The notes under the pieces were generated by a model. That model worked only from the letters and a program-made list of their open reading frames with translations, was not told the DNA's origin and searched no databases. This document shows, piece after piece, positions 1 through 13,199 of a stretch of 64,000 nucleotides of DNA; the first letter of the stretch is position 1; each line of letters starts with the position of its first letter. Source of the DNA: Cycas panzhihuaensis (taxonomy: Eukaryota; Plantae; Cycadophyta). Both the position numbers and the translations under genes were made by a program. The stretch spans positions 89,783,741 through 89,847,740 of the forward strand of contig CM041465.1 of assembly GCA_023213395.1 (NCBI GenBank). The letters run 5' to 3'.

Positions 1-3000
1 ATATTACATGTGTCCTTTACTTACATTGTGTAAAGGATGTCTTAAACATGTTATGCTTATTTCTTATTTTTCTAGATGAATATACTTATCTTAGGTCACT
101 ACTTCCTTATCCCATTGAGGTAACTTATTATGAGTCTCCCTTTCAAATCACTTGGTTCAATCAGCATAACGAGAAACTTCTATGCATATGCCTTTAAACC
201 CCTTACCTTTAAAAGGTGAGATGTCCCCCTTTAGATACCTCACCCATATTGAATCCAACATAAAGGAGAGAAATTAGAGAGATTAACATGATTACTATAA
301 CCTCTCTCCCAACCAAGACAACCATTTAGAGGATATTGCACCATCTCTCATTCATATGTCCCCTCCTACAAACCTTCCCCCAACTGATGAGTCTAGTTTT
401 CATCAAATTATATAATCATATTAGGAATTCCCCAAGTAACTTGGTCCATCCTTGAATATTCCTATGATTATAAATATCCCTATAAAATCAAGACCACATC
501 CTTCCTTTAAAGACAACTTCCCTAGATTTACCTTGTCATTCTCCTTCTCAGCTTGAAGGCTCTATCTTTAAAGACCTCCTTTATCTTGATCATTCTAAGA
601 ATGATGAGGTAATTCTAGAGCATTTAGCTAAAGCCTCACATAATATCCTATCTAATCATCATAAACTTGGTTTTAACAAGTACTTGTACCCTGATTTACC
701 TTTGGCTAGTTTGAATTAGCCTTCATAATATCCTCTATCTTTTACAAGTCCTACCCCTCCTCACTTCGAGGAAGGGAATGTCATGCTTGTCAAGGAAATA
801 ATAGACATTGATTTATAGATTGGTGACACTCTAAGAATCATTAAAGTTTGAGTAAATTACTCCCCAAAGGAAGCAAAATAACTTAAAGAGCTCTTCCAAT
901 ATCTCACATCAATCTTTACCTAGGATTATAGTCATATGTAGGGCTTTCACCCTAATGTTGTAGTCCACAACATCACTACAATCCCATGATCCAAACCTAA
1001 AAGGCAAAAGAAAAGACCCATTCACCCTCATTTATCTATGATCATTAATCAAGAAGTTAAGAAACTGATAAAAGTGGGCTTTATTGAAAGTATCAACTAT
1101 TTTTAATGGGTGTTTAACATCATTCCCATTACTAAAAAGAATAGATCAATTTGAATATGCATTAGTTTTTATGATATCTATGATATTTGACTAAAGGATA
1201 ATTTCCCTCTCCTATTACTAGATCAAACTTATGACCAAACCACTAGATTTAAGGTTATGTCACTCATGGATAATTTTTTAGGATATAATTAAATTCTTAT
1301 CTACCCTAAAGACTATCATAGGACTATTTTTACAACCCTATGGGCGACATTCACATACAAGGTCATGTTATTTGGATTGAAAAATATTGGAACCACTTAC
1401 CAATAGGAAATGGTTTTCATATTCCATGACCAAATTAGAGTCATAATAGCCATCTACCTAGATGACATGCTTTCCCTATCCTATTATAGGAAAGATCACA
1501 TTTAGGATTTGAGGACCATCTTTAGGTAATATGACAAATATCATTTATGTCTTAATCTAACCAAATATATATTTGTTATCAATTCAGGTAAAATGTTGGG
1601 AAACATAATTTCTCGAGATGGTATTAGAGTGGATCCTAAAAAAATAAGGACCATCATTGAGATGCCCCTCCCATAAAATCAAAATTAATTAAAGTTATTT
1701 CTTGTTAAGTTGGATTTTCTATGACAGTTCATTATAGACTTTGTATTAAATGTCAAGCCTCTCATTGGTCTTCTTAAGAAAGGGGCTTCCTTAAATTGGA
1801 CTATACCTATCTAAAAATCTTTCAAAAGATTAAAGCAACCCTTAGTTTCCAATCTTGTACTTACTCTTCCCCTCTTCAATAAGCCCTTCATCTTATATAC
1901 ATCTTCCATGGAATAATCCCTTGGGAGCATGCTTTCAGAAGAAGATGAATTTGGTAAGGAGTGGGCCATTTACTTTATAAATAAAACTCTCATTGTTATT
2001 GAATTTAACTACTTTCCTTTAGAGAAAAAATGCTTATCTTTGGTTTTTTCCACCAAGAAGCTATACCATTATCTTCTTGTAATGCAACCTCTATTATTAT
2101 GTAGTCTAATCCTATTTGCTTCTTGCTCACCAAGAGAAATCTCAAGGGACGGGCAAGTAAATTGGCACTCCTTTTATAAGAGTTTAACCTTTACATAGTT
2201 AATCATAAATCTAAAAAAAACATGGTAATTTTTGAAATGATAGTAGAAGCACCATTGCAAAATCTTGCTAATGAGACCATCAATGATAGGCTCCCTAACA
2301 AGTAGATCCTTTAGGTGATGTTGTACCTCTATAAGAGGTATGATATAGAGAGATCAAGTCTTATCTCTTAGACCAAACCTTTCCTTATTTCATCTCCTCT
2401 AAGAAAAGGAATGAATAAGGGATACTACTCATTAATACCTACTCCTAGAAGGTATCCTTTATAAGCACTCCTTTAATGGAGTTTTGTTAAGGTGTCTCTC
2501 ATCCTCTAAGGCTCAAACCACCTTAACAGAATGCCATGATGGCATATATGGAGGCCACATTGTTGGTCAGTCGATAGCCCCACATATCCTTTGAATGGGG
2601 TACTATTAGCTATCACTATTTAATGATGCCCATGCTTATATCCAAAAGTATGAAATTTGTCAATTGCACACCACTTTGATACACCAACCTACTTAATCTC
2701 TCAAGTTCATTATTTCTCCATGGCCTTTTTCCTAATGGGGGCTTATCCTTATTGGTCAAATCTACCCACCTCTTTTGAGTGTTCATAAGTTTATATTGAT
2801 TTCCATGAAGTACTTTACTAAGTGAAGTAAAGTCATTATGTTAGTCTCTATAACTAGAAAGATTATTGCCATAGTTATCTTCTAGTACATTATTTACATA
2901 TTCAAGACTTCTCACATTATATCACTGATAATGGAACTCTCTTTTGTAACTCACAGGTAACTAAATTATGTGAAAATTTGCATATTACCCATTACATGTC

Positions 3001-3584
3001 ATCACCTAACCATCTTTAGGCCAATGGTTAAGTTAAAGCCTTCAGTAAGATATTAGTAAGAATTTTGGCTAAGACTATGGCTAACTCCCATCAAGATTGG
3101 AATGTTCAATTATTTATTACATTATAGGCCTATCAAACCTCTATTAGAAATGCAATTAGGATGATGTCATTCTCTTTGATCTATGGCTTTGAATCCATTC
3201 TACTTCTTAAGGTAGAAATTCCATATTTATGTGTTTCTCTGAAACACTTCACTAATGAAGAATGCTAGAGAGAAACATGCCTTTTATAACTAGAAAAAAT
3301 AGATGAAACATGCTTAATTACCTAATAAAATAATCTAACTTCTAAAACTAGAGCTCAAGTACGTCATGATAGGTAGTTTAAGACCTTATAAGTTTCATAT
3401 TAATGACAAGGTACTCAAGCTCTAGTATCTTCATAATAAATAATGAAAGTTCATCCCCAAGTAGGTAGGACATTTTCTTATAATTGAAGATCTTGAGAAT
3501 GGTACATATCATATTTCCACCCTTGACAGTCTTGAGCTTCAAAAGCTGGTCAATTTGCAGTTTCTATGAAGATTTTATGCTTGA
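1..3584 (+). pseudogene. Degenerate Ty3/Gypsy Tat-lineage pol (RT-RNase H-integrase), 5' part outside window
   Basis: Interrupted frames give RT motifs DNFPLLLLDQ, FTYKVMLFGLKNIGTTYQ and YLDDML (~1200-1470). RNase H in ORF 1929-2198 (KEWAIYFINKTL..NYFPLEKKCLSLVFSTKKLYHYL). Integrase CHDGIYGGH (~2530), PWPFS*WG (~2720), ITDNG and ANG*VKA. Frame ends FL*RFYA* at 3584. Confidence 0.9.
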
Positions 3585-4977
3585 AATAAGAACACGTCTA
3601 ACTCCACAAAGAGTATAAACTATGCCTTCAAGACATTCATCTACTAATGGGCCTAAACTATGGTATTTTCCCCCATCCTATAAGATAAACATCCCTAAGT
3701 AATTAGGCTAAAACAATGACTCTAAAATTCATATTATTTAATAAGCTTAAAATATGGTTAATTTTTCACTCTCTCTTTTTTCAAATACCACTTCAACATA
3801 GATATAAGACTTCTCTTTTACTATTTTATTTCTGTAATTAAGTTTGGTACATTTTGTATATGAATCACTCCCAAAAATCATGTAAGGCTATTGTCCCACC
3901 ACAAGACATAGGCATTGTTTATTATACACACTTATTCATACCTCACTTGCTTCAACTAAAGTAATTTATCTAGCCAAAATCTTTTACCCCTCTTAGGCTA
4001 TGTACTTGGGAAGAAAGGGAGTCCTTAGCTTCCATTACCAATGTAATAGTTAGATATAAGTTAAGACAGTCAACTTCTTCCTCTATGTGAGATATCCTAC
4101 TTTTAAGTTCTTTACTAAACAACTTTTGATCTTGACCTACTTCTTCCTCTTACAACCTTACAACTATCTTGGTAGGCTTATACATATTTTACCTTTACTT
4201 GTCCAACCTTTTAGGGTGGTTCCTAATATTTCTCAACTATTCTCCTAAAGTTTATTGTTCATTCTACCATCACCCTTAACACTCTAAGACACTTTGATCT
4301 AGAGATCTTTTAGCTCTTGCGATTCAATCTTTAAGGATTTAGATTTGTGTTTTCTCATTTTCTTGGTTTCATTAAAAACGTCATCCTTGTTGTAGTTGAA
4401 GAGTTTTAATATTTTATGGTTAGGCCAATCATCGATCACCTAAGTTTGTTTCTTCCTTTTTTTCATCATATCTTAGGAAAAACTATGTTATGTATGCCTA
4501 ATTCAACATGACCCTCATATGAACCATTGTATGGAATGACCTAGATAGTAGTAGAAGTTAAAAAAAGAAAAGAAAAGACCCAAAAAAATAAAATAAAAGC
4601 AATCTAAGAAAGATAAATATCCCTTTATATTTCCACCCTCTAATTATCTAGACTAAGTCACATGATAACTTCATCTCCACCTATACTAGTGTAGTTTAGG
4701 TTCATTAGGGTGCATCATTTAGGACCTTCAAATCTAATTATTTAGGCCCACCATAGCCTCAATTATTATTGAAATCTATTTAGAATCGAGTAGTATTTTA
4801 GCTTTATTTGTGTTTAGAGAGTTGTTCTTATGGTGACCAAACCTAACCATGATCCTATCTTCTCTTCATCTTATAGTTGAAACTAAGTTTCTTATATAGG
4901 ACCATTTCCTTGTAAGTTTATTCCTATAACATCCTTATATCTATCATTTTGTCTTTAATTTTTTATCCCTTTTTATC

Positions 4978-5975
4978 ATGCCATTGACCATATATACTGA
5001 TGTAGATAGTCAAGGCAATTTGAGGCCATCTACTATTGCATGGATAGTTTGTGACCAAACGTGCAATGTGTTGACCTTTGCTGGCATGTTTTTACCTCAA
5101 GCAAGTAATAATGAAGCCAAGTATATTTTTATCATAAGAGCTATAACTAATGTTTTATAATTTCATAATGGTTTTATTCTTTTTTTTTAATTCCTAAGTA
5201 GTAGACTTCTAATATGTCAGTACCTATCACATTCATTTATCTTGTTTATGCTCCTTTCATACTCAGGCTTTGGCATTGTTTTCCTATTTCTTATTTATTA
5301 CTATCTAATGTTAGGTAATATGACAACAATGGTTGAAGGCTAAAATTTTGATATATTGGAAACATGATTTCCCCCCCAAACCTTCCTTGGGGGATTCCAA
5401 GAGGGGCGGAAGCCCCTGTTGGCTAGGGGGGTGTGGGGGAGAAATTGTCCCAAAATTTTAGTACTAGAAAGTATATTAAATTATAAAGAGAATCAGGGTC
5501 GTTCGCTCAAAATACCCTAGATTCTACGGTCAAGATTTATGCCTTAAATGACCCTCTCATGTAGCCTGATTTAGGAAATTTTTCATTATGTTTATAGTGT
5601 TCAATGTACTATGAGGAGTTGGGTGGCTAGTTGTTATTGTTGTCAGCACTCTGCTACAAGATTATGTACATTTTCTCCATTCTACAATAATAAAGACCAA
5701 TACCTTTACTGTGTGGATGTTTCCCTAGCACACTGCTAAGGTTTTACCACGTTATATCTAGTGTATATGTGATTCTTGGCTTTCTTATTCATTTTATTAT
5801 TTTATCTCTGGTTTAAGAACTTGCATGTTAATTTTAGTTTTGATTCCTATAACTAGTTGCAAGAATAGTTTACATCTTGTTGGTGGTTTAAGGGTTGGGA
5901 CCTCCTCTTCTCAACATCCAACATATCTCACATAGTTAAAACATTAAAGCTAACTCTCTAGTCTCATATTTTAGA
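4978..5975 (+). pseudogene. Additional archaeal-type RNase HI (aRH) ORF of the Tat element, split by a solo LTR
   Basis: ORF 4978-5160 reads IYTDVDSQGNLRPS..ASNNEAKY (cf. YTDGASRGNPGP..TNNEAEY), followed by NS*VV (DSQLV). Removing the solo LTR 5309-5916 restores FITIQ|HISHS*NIKANSL (cf. HIPRxxNxxADxLA). Confidence 0.8.
5309..5916 (+). mobile_element. Solo LTR, family A
   Basis: TGTT...AACA termini; flanks TCTAA/TCCAA (TSD with one C>T change); homologous to 27916-28572, 45742-46354 and 50217-50852. Confidence 0.9.
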
Positions 5976-6319
5976 GGGCCATTACTCTTAGTATTAAAAT
6001 CGGAGCAAACTAAATTGAATATGCACACACCAATCACAGAAACAAGTACGTAAGGAGATTCAATGGTTAAACCCACCTCAGAATATCGAGTATATTGGAT
6101 CCAAAAAATATTAGAGTACAAATGGTCTTCGGGTATTTATAGATCTGTAAGACCAAAAATATTAAATATCTTTTATATACGTTAGCCCAAACAAATAATG
6201 ATAAAGATTTGTATACAATAATAGAGTACATTTACATTAGTCAGGTAATATTTTAACGTCCCCTCTTAATGTAAATGTTGGTCTTCAAAATTATGAAGTA
6301 TCTAACCTTTGTCCTAGAA

Positions 6320-9300
6320 GGGAGATTCCCCTTGAAGACTAAGCCCCAAATTTACATGAATCTTCAAAAATTGATCTTCAGTAAGGGCCTCCATGAACAT
6401 GTCAATAAGTTACTCCTCACTTGGACAATATTCAACCTACATCTTTCCTAATCCAATTAACTCACATATGTAATGATGATGAATTTTGATGTGCTTCATA
6501 TGTGCATAAAATTCTAGACTCTTTGAAAGTCGAATAGTACTTTAATTATCATTATGGATAATAGGAGTGCTAGATGATACTCTAAGTGTCTCCAAAAGTC
6601 CCTACAACCATACAACTTCCCTTGTACCAACACTTAGACTTTGATACTCTACTTATGTAGAAGATAAGGCCACGGTAGATTGCTAACAGATAAACCTATT
6701 TCTAATGCCTAAAATATATCTTGCAGTTAATTTTTGGTCTTCAGCATCTTCGCCCCAATCAACATCTATATACCCATACAATTTTGCCTTTCCACCATGA
6801 AGGTATTCAATACCTAAACTAAGTGTACCCTTAATATACTTCAAAATCCTCTTTACTGCACTCAAATGTGGCTTTGGGGGAATTTGCATGAAATAAGATA
6901 CTAATCCAATAGCATAGGTAATATCAGGTCTAGTATGAGTTAGATAAATCAAACTCCCTATGATACAATGTCCCATCTATAGCTAGTTTATCCATGTTCT
7001 TTAGAAGTTGAGTGCCTTACATACATGGTGTCCTAGTAGGTTCACAATCCTTCATCCTAAATTTCTCAAGTAGGGATTGAGCATACCTTGTCTACAACAT
7101 CATGATGTAGTCTTTCATCTACCTAATCTCGATTCCTAAGAAGTGATGAAGAGGACCAAGATCTGTCATATCAAAGTTATGACCCAAAGAGGTCTTTGTA
7201 TCTACAATAGTCTTGCTACAATTTCCTATAATAATGTCATCCACATATAAAACAACAAGAACTATTGAAGATGCTCTCTTTCTAATATAAAGACTTGGTT
7301 CAAAATCTATTGTCACAAAACCATCTTCCTTTAATCTGGCATCAATCTATTTATACTAAGCACATAGTGCTTATTTTAGGCCATAAAGAGATTTCTTTAA
7401 GCGACACACTAAATGCTCTTGTTCTTTCTTCACAAAACCTAGAGGTTGGGCCATATAGGTCTTATCTTTTAAGTCTCTATGAAGAAATGTGGAATTTACG
7501 TCCATTTGATGTAACACCTAACCAAATGTAGCTGCTAAAGTAAGGATCAATCAGACCGTTGAAATCTTAGATACTGGTGCAAAAGTCTCTTTATAATTGA
7601 TTCTTTCTTTCTGTTTAAAACCTTGAGCTACAAGTCTAGCTTTATATTTATCTACTTCACCATTGGAGTGATACTTTACCTTGTAGACCCACTTGTAGCA
7701 AACCAAGTTCTTTGAGAGAGAAAGTAGAACTAAATCCCATGTATTATTCTTCATAAGAGAACAAAATTCTTCCACCATTGTAACTTTCAATTGCGGATCT
7801 TCCTTCACTTCTTCAAATGAAATAAAGTCGCAGGAATCATTGGTGTTCATCACTAAGGCTTAACTAGCATGTTGACTCCTTATCCTTCAACCATCTTCTA
7901 GATTTTCAATTGTCATACCAGAATCATCAATGGTTCTTCTTGCCTATAATGGAACATAGGGTGTAGACCATGTTTCATCATGTGATGGATCCTCTATATA
8001 ACTTCCACTAGGTCCTACTTTGATATCATTCTGTGAAATAGGATCATATACCTATAAATCTATTGAATCACGACTCGAAAAAGGTAGAAGTGGAGGATAA
8101 AATATATCTTCAGATGATCTATCAACATGATATGTTATCAACTCATCAAACTTAACATCCCAACTAATCAAGATTTTCTCCCCCTGCGGATCCCAAAGTC
8201 TATAAGCCTTACTCTCTAAAGAGTACCCCACTAAAATACACTTTAAACTCTTGTGATCTAATTTCCTCTAATTTTCGTCTAGGATATGTGCATAAGCAAT
8301 GCACCCAAATACCTTAAAATAGTTAATAGAAGGTTTCTGACTGGTCCAACATTCTTTAGAGGTAATGCCACAAACAACAAAAGTAGGTACCCTATTCAAA
8401 ATATGAATTATTGTTGCCATAGCTTCTGCCCAAAACTTGGGAGGCAAACTCTTACCATATACCATGCACCTCGCTATTTCCATTATGGTATAATTTTTTC
8501 TTTCTGCTACACCATTTTGCTATGGGGTATATGGGACAATAAATTCTTGCTTGATATATTTGGTAAGATAAAGATGATGAAAGGCATTGCTATCATACTC
8601 CTTTCTATTATCACTTCTTAATATCTTAATTTTCATACCGCATTCATTTTCAACACAAGTTTTCCATTCATAAAATCTATCAAATACATCAGACTTATTC
8701 TTTAAAAAGAAAACCTAGGTTTTTCTGTTGAAATCATCCACAAACACAAGTACATAGTGAGCTCTAGAAATAGAAGGATTAGATAATGGATCCATCAAAT
8801 CTATATGGACAAGTCCTAATTTCTCTTTTTCCCTCCAAGCATTATCTTTAGCAAAAGGATAACGATGATGTTTTCCATATATACATCCCTCACAAGCACC
8901 CTTTGAACATTGAATATAAGGTAAACCAATTACCATTTTCAATCAATTTATTAAGTTGATGCTCTCATAGTTAAGATGACCTAATCTTTCATGCCATAAC
9001 TCACTCACATCATAAGCACTGGTAATGAAAATATAAGAATCCTTCTTAGTTTTAAAAGACTCAAACACCCAAAAGTTATCCTGTACTTTCCGAGTAGCAA
9101 CAATAGAGTAGTTTTTCTTTGGATCTCTAACTAGACATTTATCATTGTAGAGCTCTATTTTCATACCTTGCTTGTAGATTTTCCAGGCCGAGAGAAGATT
9201 TAGCTTCATTTGAGGCACATAATAAACACCATCAAATTTTCCACCTACAAGTGAAACGGTTCTAATACCTTCTACAGGCAAAACACTAACATCTCTAAGA

Positions 9301-10249
9301 ATTATGTTAGCATCAATTGAACATGTATCTAAGGCATCAAAAATATGCTTTTGATAAGTGATGTGTTTTTGAGCACCTAAGTCTAGGATCCAATAGTCTT
9401 TCTTTTTATATGACATTGTTGAGGCCTGAATACAATGTGTTGGAACACTTTTTCCTTTCTTATCTTGGCTTACCTTACACTTATCCCATTTCTTTGTCTA
9501 ACAGTTTCTTTCCCTGTGACCATCTTTCTTGTAGTAATTACACCTTCCCATGAACTTCTTCTTTTCACAAGAGGTCTCACCAATCTTCTATGTAGACTTA
9601 CTTTCATGGATTATATCCTTCTTTTGTGTCTTCATTATCAATACCTAATTTGAAACAGATCCATCAAGCATCCCATGATGCTTTAATTTGGCATCTTCGG
9701 ATAAGATCATATTTTTTAACAACTCAAAAGACTCACCTTCCATGGCTTCATCACTACCATAAACAGTATAAAAGGTGGCAAATATAGCTGGTAACTTGGA
9801 TATAATAATGGAAAATAACAAAGCATCATCTATTGAGTTTGTCTTTAGCTCAACCAATCTATTTCTCAAATTAGTAATCTTGTTTAAGAAGGTGCTAATG
9901 TTATTTTCGTCTTCTACTTTTGCACTCAATAATTCCATCATGAGGGCAACATGATGATTAGTCTTCTTTTTCTCAAAAGTCTCACATAGTTTGGTCCAAA
10001 TTTCATATGGGATTTCAAGATTGTGTACTAAAGCTGTTTGATATGGGCCAAAGCTAACTTAAGTAAGTCAACAGCCATAAACTATCTTTCTTCAACATAT
10101 ACATGATCTTTTTCATATAAAGGCAGGTTTAATAAAGGTGACTTAGTGATTCCTCATAGTTGGTTTACCATTAAAACAAGCTCCATGTGTGATTTCCACT
10201 TATTAAAATTATTCCCATTGAACATAACTAATGAAGCAAGCTTCTCCAT
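6320..10249 (-). pseudogene. Copia-1 gag-pol (gag, protease, integrase, RT, RNase H), many stops
   Basis: Starts MEKLASLVMFNGNNFNKWK at 10249. ORF track shows WILDLGA (protease), LWHERLGH and CEGCIYGK (integrase), YKARLVAQG and YVDDI (RT), and [13 protein letters not shown]. Confidence 0.92.
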
Positions 10250-10999
10250 GATTAAATTAAATGAGAAAACAACTTAGAAGTACAACTAAAACCTAGTCAC
10301 CTCTCTTGAATAACAGACTTAAAACCACAACTCAAGATCAAATTAAGCTAAGCAATCTTCAAAACCTGAAACACTTGAACTAAACACACTTAAGTCTGAT
10401 TGTAAAATACAAATGTATAATGCACTCTTGAACCAATGAAATTGTCCTTCTTGTCACCTAAATACCAACTACTTTCAATGGAAGAAATTGCTACCCAAAG
10501 TATACTTCACTTTAATCACTCAAATATTAATCCTCATTAATAAAGTTACTTCTCATATACGTAACTATCAAAGAAAACAACTCAACAAACAACTATCATA
10601 ATCCATAACCTCAACTAATACACCATTCGAAATACCAACTCCAACACCAAAAATTCTGCAAATGCATCTTACCCAAGGGTGCACCAAGAAATTGAAGTAC
10701 TACTCATTTCAAGACTATAACATAGAGTTCAAGGGTTGTACACACAGCAATGTTGATGCAGATGAATCAAGGTTGACACGTCATAGAGTACAATATGCTA
10801 ATTGCAATGATGTAAATATAACAATAATGCAATGTATACACACAGAGACATAGCACTCAAAACGTGCACCGTTAACATGTAAAGATGCACTGCATATATA
10901 CGATAAATGCAAACAGTGAGATAATGAAAACACACTGTATATCCACAAAAAATGCAGATAGTAAGACATAAAAAATGCACTGTATATACATGAAAAAGC

Positions 11000-11280
11000 A
11001 AGTTGTGTAGGTGCTAAATACATGAGATTATTCATAGATAGAGAAGATGCCAAACATGTGAGTGTATACGTAGATAGAGAAGATGCCACACATGTGAGAA
11101 TATACACAGTAAAGATGTCAAGCGCACAAGTGTATATACAAATAGAGAAGATGCCAAACATGTGAGAATATATACAATAAAGACATCAAAATGTGAGTGT
11201 ATACATAGATATAGAAGATTCCAAACACGTGAGAATATACACAGTAAAGACATTAAATGGGTGAGCATATACGCAAACAT
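11000..11280. repeat. Degenerate ~33-36 bp tandem repeat in the Copia-1 leader
   Basis: About 7-8 units resembling GAGAAGATGCCAAACATGTGAG(A/T)(A/G)TATAC..ATA. Confidence 0.8.
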
Positions 11281-12235
11281 GTATGGCTACTTATATGCAG
11301 TGTATACATAGTAGTGAAGAGACAAACTAGGAGATAGGCAACCATACTTTATTCACAGCACAACAACAAACAATGGGCGTAGACTTATATACATTCCAAT
11401 ATTAAATAAAGGTAGCTAAAAATATCTCAATAGTCTCCAAATAATCTATTGATGATGCAATTATAATAAAGGAGAATAGTGGGTTCCTTAGCCAAATAGA
11501 GGAGGAGGGCAATGAAGGGTGACAGAGTGCTATGGTTTATAGATAAAATGCCTCAAGTTTGATTGGACAAATACAAACATTGAAGGTAAAGTGGTTGTCA
11601 ACACAACATACTGACATTCTACAGTAATCCTTAGGTTTAAAATGATGCAAAAACAATAAATATGTATGGACATGTAGAGGAATAGTAGTACATCACTATA
11701 AAGATAGTAGAGCAAGAGGAATAGAGGAATAAAATAAAGTACCTTTAGATGAGACCAGAATAGGGAATCTACAGATCTTTAAGGTCAATTCACCTTCAAA
11801 TCTCTTCTCAAATTTTAAATAAAACTAAGAATAGGGTTGCACCAGCTCTACACGATACCATACTTCTGCACGTCCAACAATCAGATCACGACACCATGTG
11901 GCTCACTTAGTGACATCATACAACCACAAGCTCTGACACCATGTTAAAATTGGAGCAAACCAGATCGAATATGCACACGCCAATCATAGAAATGAGTACA
12001 CAAGGAAATTCAGTGGTTAAACCTACCTCAGAACATCAATTATATTGGATCCAAAAAGCATTAGAGTACAAATGGTCTTTAGGTATTTATAGATCCGTAA
12101 GACCAAAAATATTAAATATCTTTTACATATGTTGGCCCAAACAAATAATGATAAAGATTTGTATACAATAATAGATTATATTTACATTAGTTAGGTAATA
12201 TTTTAACACTTAGCCTTATCCTTTAAAGCTGTAAG

Positions 12236-12322
12236 TAATACTCTATAATGAGTTTAAACTAACTAAACACTCTTTGATGAGTATAAACTAAATGAACACT
12301 CTACGATAAGTATAAACTAAAG
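12236..12322. repeat. Three ~29-bp tandem units, probably Tat 3' region
   Basis: AACACTCT(A/T)(C/T)GAT(G/A)AGTATAAACTAA repeated three times; the same GAGTATAAACTA motif occurs at ~3611, just after integrase. Confidence 0.65.
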
Positions 12323-12482
12323 TGTAAATAACATCAATAAAAATTATAAAAATATTTAAAACATAAAAAACCATACACATAGATCTATATTCATTCATGT
12401 TTATTCATTATAGGGAGAACAAGGGGGGAAGAAATATTAGAGATAATCATGTTCTACACATTTACTAACAAAGAATGAGGAT

Positions 12483-12485
<3 letters not shown>

Positions 12486-12580
<95 letters not shown>

Positions 12581-12606
12581 TATATATATATATATATATA
12601 TATATA
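12486..12606. repeat. (TA)n microsatellite
   Basis: About 60 TA units with one GA interruption. Confidence 0.98.
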
Positions 12607-13199
12607 CATGCATACATATACATATGTGTGTGTAAAAAACCATATGGTATATATGTCATAAGTATAAGGCCATACTCTTATAGCTTCCATGAGCATGTAC
12701 AAATGCTCATAGATGAACTCTCATAGTCACATCTTTATGCCCATGGAGTAGACTCATATCCCTCCCCATTCAAGTCTTTCCTAATATTAACAATCACCCC
12801 TATGATGGTCATCAAGAGCTATCATATCCTCCCTCTGAGCGATGATTGTAGGTGTGACACCTATCACGCCTATGAGGGCCATGCTTAGTCTTCAATATAC
12901 GCTAGCTAATTGATGGAATCTCACATCCACTTACTTGTAGGATGGTCATCATACATAAATGTTGCCTCTATGAAGAAAGTGACATTAAAGCCACCTTCCA
13001 CCCAGGATCTATAACACAAGGAGAATAGAAAGATGTAAATGAGGATGAGAAGGTTAAATTAGTTAAGCCTCCAAAATTAATCTCTTAATATTCATTTATT
13101 ACTTCATATATTACATAAATTATTGCCTCATATATATAGAAAAATAAATAGTCATGAGAGAGACAAGAGGGTATGTAAAAAGTAGGAATGTAAGCCATC

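Larger units (their letters stand above)
5992..12208 (-). mobile_element. Full-length degenerate Ty1/Copia element (Copia-1)
   Basis: 267-bp LTRs at 5992-6258 and 11942-12208; TSD CTTAG on both sides; iMet-type primer-binding site (PBS) TGGTGTCAGAGC at 11930-11941; PPT at 6259-6267. Confidence 0.95.

Noticed and set aside
10662-11280. Hydrophobic/Cys-rich ORFs as an env-like gene
   Set aside because: They derive from deaminated tandem repeats in the 5' leader; wrong position and no motif support.
12236-12322. TGATGAG..AAAC units as minimal hammerheads, or a CRISPR-like array
   Set aside because: No GAAA core or stems, no unique spacers, and a eukaryotic retroelement context.
12437-12702. 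YI-repeat ORFs
   Set aside because: Artefact of the (TA)n microsatellite.
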